Positions 30,233-38,913 are shown, counted from the first letter of the stretch. The stretch: 64,000 nt of DNA from a virus (IMGVR_UViG_3300044991_001407:31038-95037), one strand, 5' to 3'. Notes: generated from the letters alone by a model not told the origin. Made by a program: numbers and translations.

Positions 30233-30497
30233 TTTTAACTCTGACATTAATCTAGAGGATATTGAGTCTCTCCAGATTATAATTAAGGCTGTGCCTTTTG
30301 AGGATAGTTATGTTCCAGCTTTTATTATTATGTCTCCAGAAGATAAGTATGAAATGACAATTGACGAACTTAATTCTTTGATGGATGGAATAGAGATAGC
30401 AAGAAACAAAGTTGATGAAATCATTACATATATTTTAAGAAAAAAAATATTTAATGAAAACGGAGAAGATAGATATGATTTTGGGACAGGTAATTAA
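30219..30497 (+). CDS. hypothetical protein
   Basis: Start moved to MRITSF. Confidence 0.65.
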   Translation: MRITSFNSDINLEDIESLQIIIKAVPFEDSYVPAFIIMSPEDKYEMTIDELNSLMDGIEIARNKVDEIITYILRKKIFNENGEDRYDFGTGN

Positions 30498-30762
30498 AGA
30501 CTTTCCATATCCGACAAGAACATGTCCATATTGCAATAGAAATCTTGTTGTTGTTAATGCAGTTCACTGGCATGAGGACAGGTATCAATACAAAGCACTT
30601 TATTTCTGTTCATATGGGGAATGCCCTGTTTATGACGAAGGTGCTAAGAAAGCTTATGCAAGAATCGTATACTCATCCGAAGACGCTGCCGCATATTTTT
30701 GGCGTGTACAAATCCCAGTTCAACGCTGGGAGCAGGCTGATGTTGTGAGTATTTATGAATAA
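30454..30762 (+). CDS. putative zinc-ribbon protein
   Basis: CPYC ... CSYGEC. Confidence 0.6.
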   Translation: MKTEKIDMILGQVIKDFPYPTRTCPYCNRNLVVVNAVHWHEDRYQYKALYFCSYGECPVYDEGAKKAYARIVYSSEDAAAYFWRVQIPVQRWEQADVVSIYE

Positions 30763-30781
30763 TATGATAAAATAATAGATT

Positions 30782-31759
30782 ATGCCAGTGAATAAATGTT
30801 CAGAAGATGGAAAACCAGGTTTTAAATGGGGAGACTCAGGTGCTTGTTATATCTACACCCCAGGCAATGAAGCATCAATAAAATCTGCAAGGAAAAAAGT
30901 TCTTGCTCAAGCCCTTGCTATTGGTGATATTGGTAAAGATGATGATCTTCTATCGGAAGAGAATATTGAATATGCAATCAAGTCTTTGAAAGAATGGTTT
31001 AAAGAAAAATGGGTTGATATTTCAAGACCAAAGCCTGGTGGTGGATTTGAACCGTGTGGTCGTGCAGATGCAGATTCTGGTAAATATCCAAAATGCGTTC
31101 CTGCTTCAAGAGCAGCGAGAATGACACCAGAACAAATCGCCTCAGCCGTCAGAAGAAAAAGAACTGCTGAATCTACTCAACAAAGAGAAGATAAAAAGCC
31201 AATAAATGTTTCAACAGAAAAAGCAGAAACAAAAAATGTTCCAACAAATCCAGCTTTATATGCTAGGGTTAAAGCAGAAGCTAAGGCTAAATTTGATGTT
31301 TATCCATCTGCATATGCAAATGCATGGCTTGTTCGTGAATATAAAAAAAGAGGTGGAGGTTATAGAACAGTGAATAAAAGTTTTGATGTTTATAAAGTCG
31401 CAGAAGACTTAGCAGAGGAAGAGGCAGCTCTTGCCGATGCACTTGTAACAATTGCTCGGACTTATGGAAAGTTCAATGAAGATGAAACTGGCATTTGGGC
31501 TGGTTACGAGAGCGCTGAAGAAAACGAAGTTAAGGATATCGGCGTTAAATGCTCTAATTGTGTTCTCTATGAAGGTAATGGTGTATGTATGGTTATTGCT
31601 CAAGAAGTTGAGGATGACGGAATGTGCAGATTTGCCATCATTCCAGATGGAGTCGTAACCCCAGAAGGGGATGACGATATGGAAGACGATATGGAAGAAG
31701 AAATGGATAAAAGTGTTGGAATCAGCATTGCTGATGAGGTTATAAAAAATTTACTATGA
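30782..31759 (+). CDS. multi-domain protein (DUF5872-like modules and a HiPIP-like Cys domain)
   Basis: 'LKEWFKEKWVD...CGR...YPKCVP'; 'PSAYANAWLVREYKKRGGGY'; 'KCSNCVLYEG...C...V...G.C'. Confidence 0.7.
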   Translation: MPVNKCSEDGKPGFKWGDSGACYIYTPGNEASIKSARKKVLAQALAIGDIGKDDDLLSEENIEYAIKSLKEWFKEKWVDISRPKPGGGFEPCGRADADSGKYPKCVPASRAARMTPEQIASAVRRKRTAESTQQREDKKPINVSTEKAETKNVPTNPALYARVKAEAKAKFDVYPSAYANAWLVREYKKRGGGYRTVNKSFDVYKVAEDLAEEEAALADALVTIARTYGKFNEDETGIWAGYESAEENEVKDIGVKCSNCVLYEGNGVCMVIAQEVEDDGMCRFAIIPDGVVTPEGDDDMEDDMEEEMDKSVGISIADEVIKNLL

Positions 31760-31796
31760 TATGCTAGTAAGCATATCTTTAATACAAGGAGAATAT

Positions 31797-32177
31797 ATGA
31801 AAGACAATATGAAAAAAATGGTCTCTGACCACAACTCAATGAAGTCTTGGCACGAAACTGCTGCAAAAACTGCCGCAGAACAAATGCAAGATCACATTAA
31901 GGCTGCCGCATGGCATAGTTCGCAAGTTGATATTATCAAGGGAATGATTAATGAAGTTCCTCTTGATCCAGAAAAGAAGGTAAGTTCAGTCCCAACAGCT
32001 GGTTCTGCATCAACACCAACATCTGGTGCTGGAAAGACATCGGCTACAAACGAAGTCCCGCTTGACCCAAAAACAGTTAAGAAGAGCGATCTTGTTACGG
32101 CACTCTCTTCTTTTGAAGAAGAGTTCGGTAAGTTTGATATGTCAGTAGAGGATATTGCAAGCTTTCTGCTTGCATAA
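31797..32177 (+). CDS. hypothetical protein
   Basis: SD AAGGAG; internal repeat NEVPLDP x2. Confidence 0.7.
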   Translation: MKDNMKKMVSDHNSMKSWHETAAKTAAEQMQDHIKAAAWHSSQVDIIKGMINEVPLDPEKKVSSVPTAGSASTPTSGAGKTSATNEVPLDPKTVKKSDLVTALSSFEEEFGKFDMSVEDIASFLLA

Positions 32178-32189
32178 TAGTGAGGGCTG

Positions 32190-32432
32190 ATGGAAGCTGT
32201 AACTGTTGCTCTAATTGCTGCTGTCGGGGGAATCCTGGTAGCTTTGGTACAAAAGGGAAGAATAGAAAACAAAAACGATCATGGCGTAGTCGCTTCTTTG
32301 CTAAGAGATCTTCATAGTGATGTTGAGGTTGTAGAAAGCAAACTTGACAAACACATTGAATCACACAACCCAAAACAAGAAACAAAGCCAGTAACAACTA
32401 AAGTCGTTAAAAAAGTATCAACTAAAAAATAA
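32190..32432 (+). CDS. small membrane protein (N-terminal TM plus coiled coil)
   Basis: 'VALIAAVGGILVALVQ..R.EN..DH'. Confidence 0.7.
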   Translation: MEAVTVALIAAVGGILVALVQKGRIENKNDHGVVASLLRDLHSDVEVVESKLDKHIESHNPKQETKPVTTKVVKKVSTKK

Positions 32433-32436
32433 ATTT

Positions 32437-32505
32437 AAACAGGCATCTTCAGGTTTGTAGTATTCCGAAAGGTTATTATAAATGTGTGAGGATGCCTGTT
32501 TTTTA
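32437..32505 (+). terminator. long hairpin/terminator
   Basis: AAACAGGCATCTTCA/TGAGGATGCCTGTTT stem, inner stem with GAAA loop, then T-tract. Confidence 0.65.
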
Positions 32506-32583
32506 TTTTTAAAATAATCACTTATCCCGTTGATTTCCTTTTCTAATAATGATACGCTCTTCTCACCTAGAGAAAGGCTATAT

Positions 32584-33039
32584 ATGTCAGAAGAAAACAT
32601 CAACGAAGAAGATTCTGGATTTACTGCAACAAAAGAGTTCAGTATAATTTTTGACAAGCTTATTGGCTTGATCCCAGTCTCAGACCACAGAGAAGCTGCT
32701 TCTGTTATTTACGGTCATTACAAAGGTTGGTCTCCATCAAAGACCATTAAATATTACAACATTGATGAAAAATCATATTCAAAATACGCTGAGCTTTTCA
32801 AGTTCAAAGAAAAGGTGGTAAATCAAATGAGTGGAAGAAAGTCAAAACAAGATAATATTGTTAGTTTCCTTAGTGGAAATGTTGGTAAGGTCATTACACC
32901 TGTGCAGCTTGCAACGGATGTAGAAATTTCACTACCAACTTTTTACAACTTCTATAATGCAAATCGTTCTTACTTCAAGAAGGTAAAGCGTGGACATTTT
33001 GAAATCGTAGACCCAAAGGTTGAACGAGCAAATAGCTAA
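32584..33039 (+). CDS. putative winged-HTH DNA-binding protein
   Basis: C-terminal 'ITPVQLATDVEISLPTFY...KKVKRGHFEI'. Confidence 0.55.
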   Translation: MSEENINEEDSGFTATKEFSIIFDKLIGLIPVSDHREAASVIYGHYKGWSPSKTIKYYNIDEKSYSKYAELFKFKEKVVNQMSGRKSKQDNIVSFLSGNVGKVITPVQLATDVEISLPTFYNFYNANRSYFKKVKRGHFEIVDPKVERANS

Positions 33040-33040
33040 T

Positions 33041-33706
33041 ATGGAAAAAACAATAGTCATACGAAATACAAAATCATGGGAGTTCTGTGCGGAAGAAGCC
33101 GTAAAAGACTTATTTTGGTTCGTAGATAGGTTTGATATAACTGGTATGACTATTGAGTGTGGTACTTCTCAGAAATCACGGGTGAGTAATTTTTACTGGG
33201 ATAACTTAAACATTGAATTATCAAATGATCATGTTAATAACATTAAAAAAATTATTGATTGGTGCATTGATAATAAAACATGGGAAAGTGACCCTCATTA
33301 CTACACAGGTGAAAATGATGATAAGTTAATGTATTGTCGGCAGTACCATAGTTGGTTATGGTCAATGATTGGTGCTGCCGCTCTGCACTACTGTAAAATA
33401 AATGGTATCTCTTTAGACAAAGAAATGCTTTCATCTACTCTGATTAAAAAACAAAAAGATTACGGTCCAAAAAATATTGAAAGATTTGGTCTTAACGGTC
33501 TGACTATCAGACTGCATGACAAAGTAGCTAGGTTAGAAAATCTTTTATCAAAACCAAAAGGAGTTACTAATGCAGTCTCAGATGAAAGCGTTTATGACAC
33601 ATTGCTTGATATTGGCGGTTATGCTGCGATTGCACTGATGTGGATTCGTGGAGAGTTCTTATTTCCAATGGAATATTTAGAACAGAGTGATCATGATATT
33701 ACTTAA
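33041..33706 (+). CDS. DUF1599 (nucleotide-modification-associated domain 1) protein
   Basis: 'KKQKDYG..NI..FG..G...RL.DK..RL.NL...ESV.DTLLDI.GYA'. Confidence 0.8.
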   Translation: MEKTIVIRNTKSWEFCAEEAVKDLFWFVDRFDITGMTIECGTSQKSRVSNFYWDNLNIELSNDHVNNIKKIIDWCIDNKTWESDPHYYTGENDDKLMYCRQYHSWLWSMIGAAALHYCKINGISLDKEMLSSTLIKKQKDYGPKNIERFGLNGLTIRLHDKVARLENLLSKPKGVTNAVSDESVYDTLLDIGGYAAIALMWIRGEFLFPMEYLEQSDHDIT

Positions 33707-34478
33707 AGACCTAGATGTTGGTTACATTCCTCCAACACCAAATACTATTGAGTCTATTCCAGGCACAGATAAAGCTAATAGGGTAATAATTACTTATGCA
33801 GAAAAATACGGACACCCAGTTGGGTATCTTCAAGAGCAGCATGGAAGGGTTGTGCAAGATATTTTTCCAATCAAAAAATCTGCAGAGAGTCAAATATCTT
33901 CTTCATCAAAAACCACACTAGAGCTACACACGGAAGCTGCGTTTCACCCCTATCTTCCAGACTATCTGCTTTTATTATGTTTGCGTGGAGATGAGAATGC
34001 TGGAACAACATACTCTGATTTATCAGACATACTAAAAGATATCCATGTTGGAATTATTAATATTTTAAAGCAAAGCTTATTTGAGACATCCGTAGACGAG
34101 AGCTTTAGGTTGAATGGAGAAGAAAATACTTTTATAAAACTACCTGTTCTAATCTGTGACTCAGATGGGAAATATACAATGAAATATGACAGAACGGTTA
34201 TGAGTGGGATTACTACCGAAGCTCAAATGGCTTTAAAAGTTTTTAACAATGCAGTTGAAAGAAATAAAAAAACTGTTTTTCTAGAAACTGGTGATTTGAT
34301 CATTATTGATAATTCAGTCACTGTTCACGGAAGAACATCTTTTGACGCAAAATATGATGGAACAGATAGATGGCTAAAGAGAGTTGTTGTGAGAAAAGAA
34401 GTAGATTCTATTAAAAATACATCTATCTGTTCTAAAACAGGATATGCTGTAATCAACAGTTATATGGAGGAAAAATGA
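33693..34478 (+). CDS. clavaminate-synthase/AsnO-like Fe(II)/2OG dioxygenase (TauD family)
   Basis: HxE ligand motif 'LELHTEAAFH..PDYLLLLCLR'; 'IDN...VHGR..F...YDG.DRWL.R'. Confidence 0.85.
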   Translation: MILLKDLDVGYIPPTPNTIESIPGTDKANRVIITYAEKYGHPVGYLQEQHGRVVQDIFPIKKSAESQISSSSKTTLELHTEAAFHPYLPDYLLLLCLRGDENAGTTYSDLSDILKDIHVGIINILKQSLFETSVDESFRLNGEENTFIKLPVLICDSDGKYTMKYDRTVMSGITTEAQMALKVFNNAVERNKKTVFLETGDLIIIDNSVTVHGRTSFDAKYDGTDRWLKRVVVRKEVDSIKNTSICSKTGYAVINSYMEEK

Positions 34479-34735
34479 CAGATAATTTTTATGATCCAGA
34501 AAAAAATTTTAATCCATTCTTTGGAACGATGGAAGTAAATTTTGAGCGATGGATCGCTACTGGAATAAGCAATGGTTGGATCAGTGGACCAGTGTGTTCA
34601 ACGCATGATGGTATTCCAACCACGCATGATGAAGATGTGGAATGGGAAGAGGGTGGGGATCCATGTATCTACGCTGTTCGCCTATTTGCAGATGATGAAG
34701 AAAGAAAAGCCGTGGAGGACAACTGTGGTATATAA
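34475..34735 (+). CDS. hypothetical protein
   Basis: 'W...GI.NGW...PVCSTHDG.P...E...W.EG.DPC'; ATGA coupling. Confidence 0.7.
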   Translation: MTDNFYDPEKNFNPFFGTMEVNFERWIATGISNGWISGPVCSTHDGIPTTHDEDVEWEEGGDPCIYAVRLFADDEERKAVEDNCGI

Positions 34736-34736
34736 G

Positions 34737-35228
34737 ATGGCAAGACAACCTGCAAAAGTTGAAGAGATGGATGCCTGGGTTATTCGTTATGTGAATAAGC
34801 TTAAAAATATGATGGGGCTTTCTAATTGGACAATCATGATGCAAGCAAAGCCATCCAGTGCTGATGCTCTTGGAGAAACAGAGGTTATTCATGGTCAACA
34901 TCTAGCGAAGATGTATCTACACAAAGACTTCAGAAAGGACACTCCAGAAGATATTCGTGCAACTATTGTTCATGAATTGCTTCACTGTCACCTGGCTGTT
35001 CTGGAAGAAGCGGTGCATGAGGTTCTTAAGCCAGATCCAGATGATGCAAAAGCAAAAGCAGTTCATAAGATGATTATTTCTCTTATTGAATATGAAAATG
35101 AACGAATCATTGATAGCCTTGCCGAGTCAATGGGTAAGTGGATGCCAGTTCCAGATATGCCAAAACCAAGAGCTAAAAAGAAAGCGGCAAAGAAGACTGC
35201 TAAGAAACAAGTAAAAAGAAAGATATAA
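34737..35228 (+). CDS. putative Zn metalloprotease (HExxH)
   Basis: 'TIVHELLHCH'; Lys-rich tail; start moved to MARQP. Confidence 0.7.
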   Translation: MARQPAKVEEMDAWVIRYVNKLKNMMGLSNWTIMMQAKPSSADALGETEVIHGQHLAKMYLHKDFRKDTPEDIRATIVHELLHCHLAVLEEAVHEVLKPDPDDAKAKAVHKMIISLIEYENERIIDSLAESMGKWMPVPDMPKPRAKKKAAKKTAKKQVKRKI

Positions 35229-35229
35229 G

Positions 35230-35829
35230 ATGGAAGTTCCAAACAATATGATTCCCCATATTGAAAAAATATTCAAGGGGGAGTACGACATTCCGTATGA
35301 AAAAGAGAATCCAGTGATTCTAGACATCGGTGGTAATGTTGGTGGATTTTGTTTATGGGCTAATCAAAGATGGAAGAACTCAAAAATTTATTCATATGAA
35401 CCAATTAAAAAAAATTTTGAGTTTTTAAAATTAAATACAAAAAATCTTGATAATATCATGGTTATGAATCTTGCAATAGGTTCAAAGACAGAACAAAGAA
35501 GAATGCATTATGGAGCTCACAATGTTGGTGAGTGTAGTTTTCAGCATGGCGCTGAGCAGGTTGAAGAAGGTGAGGATGTTTCTGTTGTAGCAGCAAGTTT
35601 GTTGCCAAAAGCAGATATTGTGAAAATTGATACCGAAGGTGCTGAGATTGAGATACTAGAAAACATGGTTATTAAACCAGATGTTTATTTGATTGAATAT
35701 CACTCAGCGTACAATAGAAGAAGAATTGATAATATACTATATGAATATACACTTGTCGCAGCAGATATTGCTAATGCCAATTTTGGAATCGTAAAGTATG
35801 CTTTATCAAGTAAAATAGAATATAAATAA
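35230..35829 (+). CDS. FkbM-family SAM methyltransferase
   Basis: 'LDIGGNVG', 'YEP', 'KIDTEGAE'. Confidence 0.88.
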   Translation: MEVPNNMIPHIEKIFKGEYDIPYEKENPVILDIGGNVGGFCLWANQRWKNSKIYSYEPIKKNFEFLKLNTKNLDNIMVMNLAIGSKTEQRRMHYGAHNVGECSFQHGAEQVEEGEDVSVVAASLLPKADIVKIDTEGAEIEILENMVIKPDVYLIEYHSAYNRRRIDNILYEYTLVAADIANANFGIVKYALSSKIEYK

Positions 35830-35830
35830 C

Positions 35831-35902
35831 GCCCCTTTAGCTCAGCGGTAGAGCACTTCACTTGTAATGAAGCGGTCCTCGGTTCAAGTCCGAGAGGGGG
35901 CT
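35831..35902 (+). tRNA. tRNA-Thr(UGU)
   Basis: Acceptor GCCCCTT/AGGGGGC; anticodon arm CTTCA-CTTGTAA-TGAAG; T-loop TTCAAGT; no encoded CCA. Confidence 0.92.
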
Positions 35903-35923
35903 CTAAAAAAGGAGCAATGCAAT

Positions 35924-36559
35924 ATGCCAGAACTAAATGCGAATATTCCACCAATTGAATGCTATGTGCGTGGTAACTTCTTGAGAAATCAAGTTGATAG
36001 TCATGATATTAAATTCCCATGTGTAATTTTTGGGGTAGCGTCAATACCAGATAGAGCACCTGTGTTTCATTTCTTAATGGAAGATGGTGGTGTTTGGTGG
36101 AGAGCTCCAATAAATGCTTTTTGCTCATCCCTAGACAGCCCTGAGGTTGACCTGCATGATTTGGTTATGTGGAATAGTTTTTCTTCTCATATCGCAGTGA
36201 CAACTTTTGAACACATGCGTGGTATGTCTATGACCTATCTTGACAGGCGTAAGAATAAAGTTGATGGCAAATATATGTTCACATTGGACTGGCATACTCC
36301 TGATTCAAATATTATAAATACTGGATATTCAATTAATCCAGGTCAGCACAAGTGTGGTCATGTGATAAAAAGAAAAGATGGTAACTTTGCCATCCAGCCA
36401 AATAACAGAGTTAGGCTATGGGATCCTTCTTACACAACAAAGAAAGACGAAAGATTGATTGAAAGATTGATCAATACAAAAGTTTGGGATGTGGAAGATG
36501 GAGATAAATGGGTAACATCAGATGACGACAGATACGATTACGACATCGTTTCTGAATAG
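35924..36559 (+). CDS. conserved phage hypothetical protein
   Basis: 'MPELNANIPP..CYVRGNFL', 'GQHKCGH', 'GNFAIQPNNR'; SD AAGGAG. Confidence 0.75.
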   Translation: MPELNANIPPIECYVRGNFLRNQVDSHDIKFPCVIFGVASIPDRAPVFHFLMEDGGVWWRAPINAFCSSLDSPEVDLHDLVMWNSFSSHIAVTTFEHMRGMSMTYLDRRKNKVDGKYMFTLDWHTPDSNIINTGYSINPGQHKCGHVIKRKDGNFAIQPNNRVRLWDPSYTTKKDERLIERLINTKVWDVEDGDKWVTSDDDRYDYDIVSE

Positions 36560-36658
36560 ATGGGGGTGAACAATGTCAAAACAAGATAAGATTACACATG
36601 CAGTGTATTTCACACTTCATGCAATTACAATTGCTATACTATTAATTAAGTAATACAA

Positions 36659-36734
36659 TGGCGAGTAGCTCAGTTGGCAGAGCAAGGGACTGTTAATCCC
36701 TGGGTCGTAGGTTCAAGCCCTACCTCGCCAGCCA
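36659..36734 (+). tRNA. tRNA-Asn(GUU)
   Basis: Acceptor TGGCGAG/CTCGCCA, G73, encoded CCA; anticodon arm AGGGA-CTGTTAA-TCCCT. Confidence 0.93.
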
Positions 36735-37288
36735 TGTTTATTATTGATAACTATGTACCTATAGAAGAACAGTCGTATCTTTACGATTACTTTACTAATC
36801 CTAAAGTTCCTTACCGCTTCTATCGCAGCCATATTTACCACGAAGATGCTAAGTGGTCACATGCACCAATGCAGATGTCTCATCACCTGTATGAGTCGGA
36901 ATCAGATATTGCCTCAACTCATCTACCAGCAATCCAGAAGCTTGTAGGTAATCTAGCAGATAAGTTTGGAAATATCAACCTATTGCGGGCTAAAGTTAAT
37001 GTTACTTCCCCTTACCCCCCGATGATGCACTATGAGCCTCAAGTTCCTCATGTTGATTTAGAGTACGATAATGGCGAGCCCGTTGACCACAAAGTTCTTC
37101 TATATTACATAAATGACTCAGATGGACCAACTTACTTTTTTAACGAAGCACACGAGCTCCAAGACACCGTATATCCAAAGCCAGGGCGAGCTATCATCTT
37201 TGACGGTAGCAACATCCATGCCGCTTCAAATCCCGTTCGCTCTCCGTTTAGGATGGTTGTCAATATTGACTTCCAAACATACAGATGA
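36734..37288 (+). CDS. 2OG-Fe(II) oxygenase
   Basis: 'PHVD', 'LYYINDSDGPT', 'FDG...HA...P...R...N'; starts MFIIDN. Confidence 0.85.
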   Translation: MFIIDNYVPIEEQSYLYDYFTNPKVPYRFYRSHIYHEDAKWSHAPMQMSHHLYESESDIASTHLPAIQKLVGNLADKFGNINLLRAKVNVTSPYPPMMHYEPQVPHVDLEYDNGEPVDHKVLLYYINDSDGPTYFFNEAHELQDTVYPKPGRAIIFDGSNIHAASNPVRSPFRMVVNIDFQTYR

Positions 37289-37476
37289 ATTATTTTTTTT
37301 GGATATGGTGGTTATTTGAATTATGCCTGCTATTCTTAGCGGATATGGCATATTACATTCTTGGATTAATCTTATTGTGGTGGGTGGCAAAAATCGGACT
37401 AAGCCAAAGGCATCGTCAGAAATCCCTTACCAGGCATAGAGTTCGCAATAGCTTTCGCAAGTCTTTTGACGAGTGA
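37285..37476 (+). CDS. possible small membrane protein
   Basis: Hydrophobic ORF with ATGA coupling; the true start may be internal. Confidence 0.35.
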   Translation: MNYFFWIWWLFELCLLFLADMAYYILGLILLWWVAKIGLSQRHRQKSLTRHRVRNSFRKSFDE

Positions 37477-37890
37477 CTACTTCTTCTTGGAAAAGGATTC
37501 TCGCTTAGCGAGCAGAGCGTCAAAGTCTTTGATCTTGGTTTCGCCCATGTATCCCCAGGCATAACCTTCTTCAATGAGTTGTTCGTTGATTGACTTGGCA
37601 GCCCCATCAAGATATACCCAACCCAGAATGCGCCCGTACTTTTCCGAGCTGTCTGGCTTTTCTGTTTTGATCACTACATCTTTGGCGGCATCAATTGATT
37701 TCTTGAGCTTCTCTTTTACCTCAAGCCCCAGAACCTTCTCTCGTGCGTCTTTTGTGCGAGATTCAGGGGTATCAATTCCCGCCAGTCTAACTCTTTGCGT
37801 ATAGGAGATGTCAAACCCCAAATCAATGTCCACATCAATTGTATCTCCGTCAACAATCTTCAAAACCTTCTTCACACGATATTCGTACAT
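37477..37890 (-). CDS. thermonuclease (SNase-like)
   Basis: 'IVDGDT', 'RVRLAGIDTPE', 'KYGRILG'; leaderless TGGTATAAT-N6-ATG. Confidence 0.92.
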   Translation of the reverse strand: MYEYRVKKVLKIVDGDTIDVDIDLGFDISYTQRVRLAGIDTPESRTKDAREKVLGLEVKEKLKKSIDAAKDVVIKTEKPDSSEKYGRILGWVYLDGAAKSINEQLIEEGYAWGYMGETKIKDFDALLAKRESFSKKK

Positions 37891-37958
37891 CTTTACATTA
37901 TACCACGGTGGCTCCGAAAGTACTAAGAACCAAACCTTACCTGCTTTTGTTTGTGAGT

Positions 37959-38204
37959 TTAAGGTTCAATGAAAATACACTCGCCAGGGCATTCCTCGGC
38001 GGCTTCAATGACATCTTCCAGCCGATCATCGGCAAAAGAAGCTAAGCCAGCTGCGCCTTCGGGGTTTCCCACAGAGGAAGCAAATATTTTGTCTCCTTCT
38101 CGTACATATGCTAAACCATCGGGCATCATCGTAAACACATCGGGTGCTATCTCGGCGCACAGACCATCTCCAGTACATAAGTCTTGATCAATCCAAACTC
38201 TCAC
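37959..38204 (-). CDS. monocluster ferredoxin
   Basis: CxxDxxC ('CTGDGLC') ... 'CPGECI'; leaderless TGGTATACT-N7-GTG. Confidence 0.9.
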   Translation of the reverse strand: MRVWIDQDLCTGDGLCAEIAPDVFTMMPDGLAYVREGDKIFASSVGNPEGAAGLASFADDRLEDVIEAAEECPGECIFIEP

Positions 38205-38241
38205 AATAGGAAGTATACCATTCTTACGCTATAATGGGAAC

Positions 38242-38418
38242 ATGCCACAATACAACTATCGCTGTTCTAATGGGCATACTCATGAAGAGTTTAGATCCAT
38301 TCTGGAAGATAGTAAAACAGATGTTTGCCCCGAATGCAACGCTACGCTAAAACAAATCTATTCCCCGCCGATGATAGAACTCAAAGGCAGTGGATTTTAC
38401 CGTAACTCTAAGAAGTGA
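38242..38418 (+). CDS. FmdB-family zinc-ribbon protein (58 aa, not in ORF track)
   Basis: MPQYNYRCSNGH...CPEC...LKGSGFYRN; leaderless TATAAT-N6-ATG. Confidence 0.85.
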   Translation: MPQYNYRCSNGHTHEEFRSILEDSKTDVCPECNATLKQIYSPPMIELKGSGFYRNSKK

Positions 38419-38429
38419 TATAATACTTA

Positions 38430-38580
38430 TGGCACCCTAAAAGTGTCAAGCGGCAATCGTGATCTGCACTATCACCAGAGCAGAACGAATTTCGCTATCT
38501 TAGGACCGTTATAGTAACCATCCGCAAGGATGTTAACACACTGAGAAGAAAGAGAGACCGCCCGCAAAGCGGTCTCTTTT
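38430..38580 (+). ncRNA. candidate structured small RNA
   Basis: TGaTATAAT promoter at 38416-38424; several predicted helices including CATCC-GCAA-GGATG; own terminator; no convincing plus-strand ORF. Confidence 0.55.
38551..38580 (+). terminator. intrinsic terminator
   Basis: AGAGACCGC-ccgcaaa-GCGGTCTCT followed by TTT. Confidence 0.8.
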
Positions 38581-38731
38581 CTATTCTCCCGCATTTTAAA
38601 CCAACTCCCGCCCATTTCCCGCCCACGCCATTTTTTAGAAAAATTGAGTATATATTCCAAGAGTGTTATGCATCTCTCAGGAGGGGTGGGCGAACCTATG
38701 TTCGGTAGGGTCAATGGGGTCTAGTCCGAAA

Positions 38732-38776
38732 TTGGTCATTATGCGGATTTTTTCTTGGTCATTATGCGGATTTTTT
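38732..38776. repeat. 22-bp direct repeat x2
   Basis: TTGGTCATTATGCGGATTTTTT at 38732 and 38755. Confidence 0.85.
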
Positions 38777-38913
38777 TTCCGTCATTATCTAAGCCTTATT
38801 CCATAAGGGTTTTATAGGATTGGGTTATTCGTTGGGTGCTTGAATTGGTTAGCCATTGAACTATGCTTTAGTTATCGGGATGAACGAACGATTTCCGATA
38901 GGAGATAAGGAAC

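Noticed and set aside
36674-36733. ORF-track N-terminal extension of the 2OG oxygenase (likewise 35867-35923)
   Set aside because: These extensions read through tRNA genes; the real starts are 36734 and 35924
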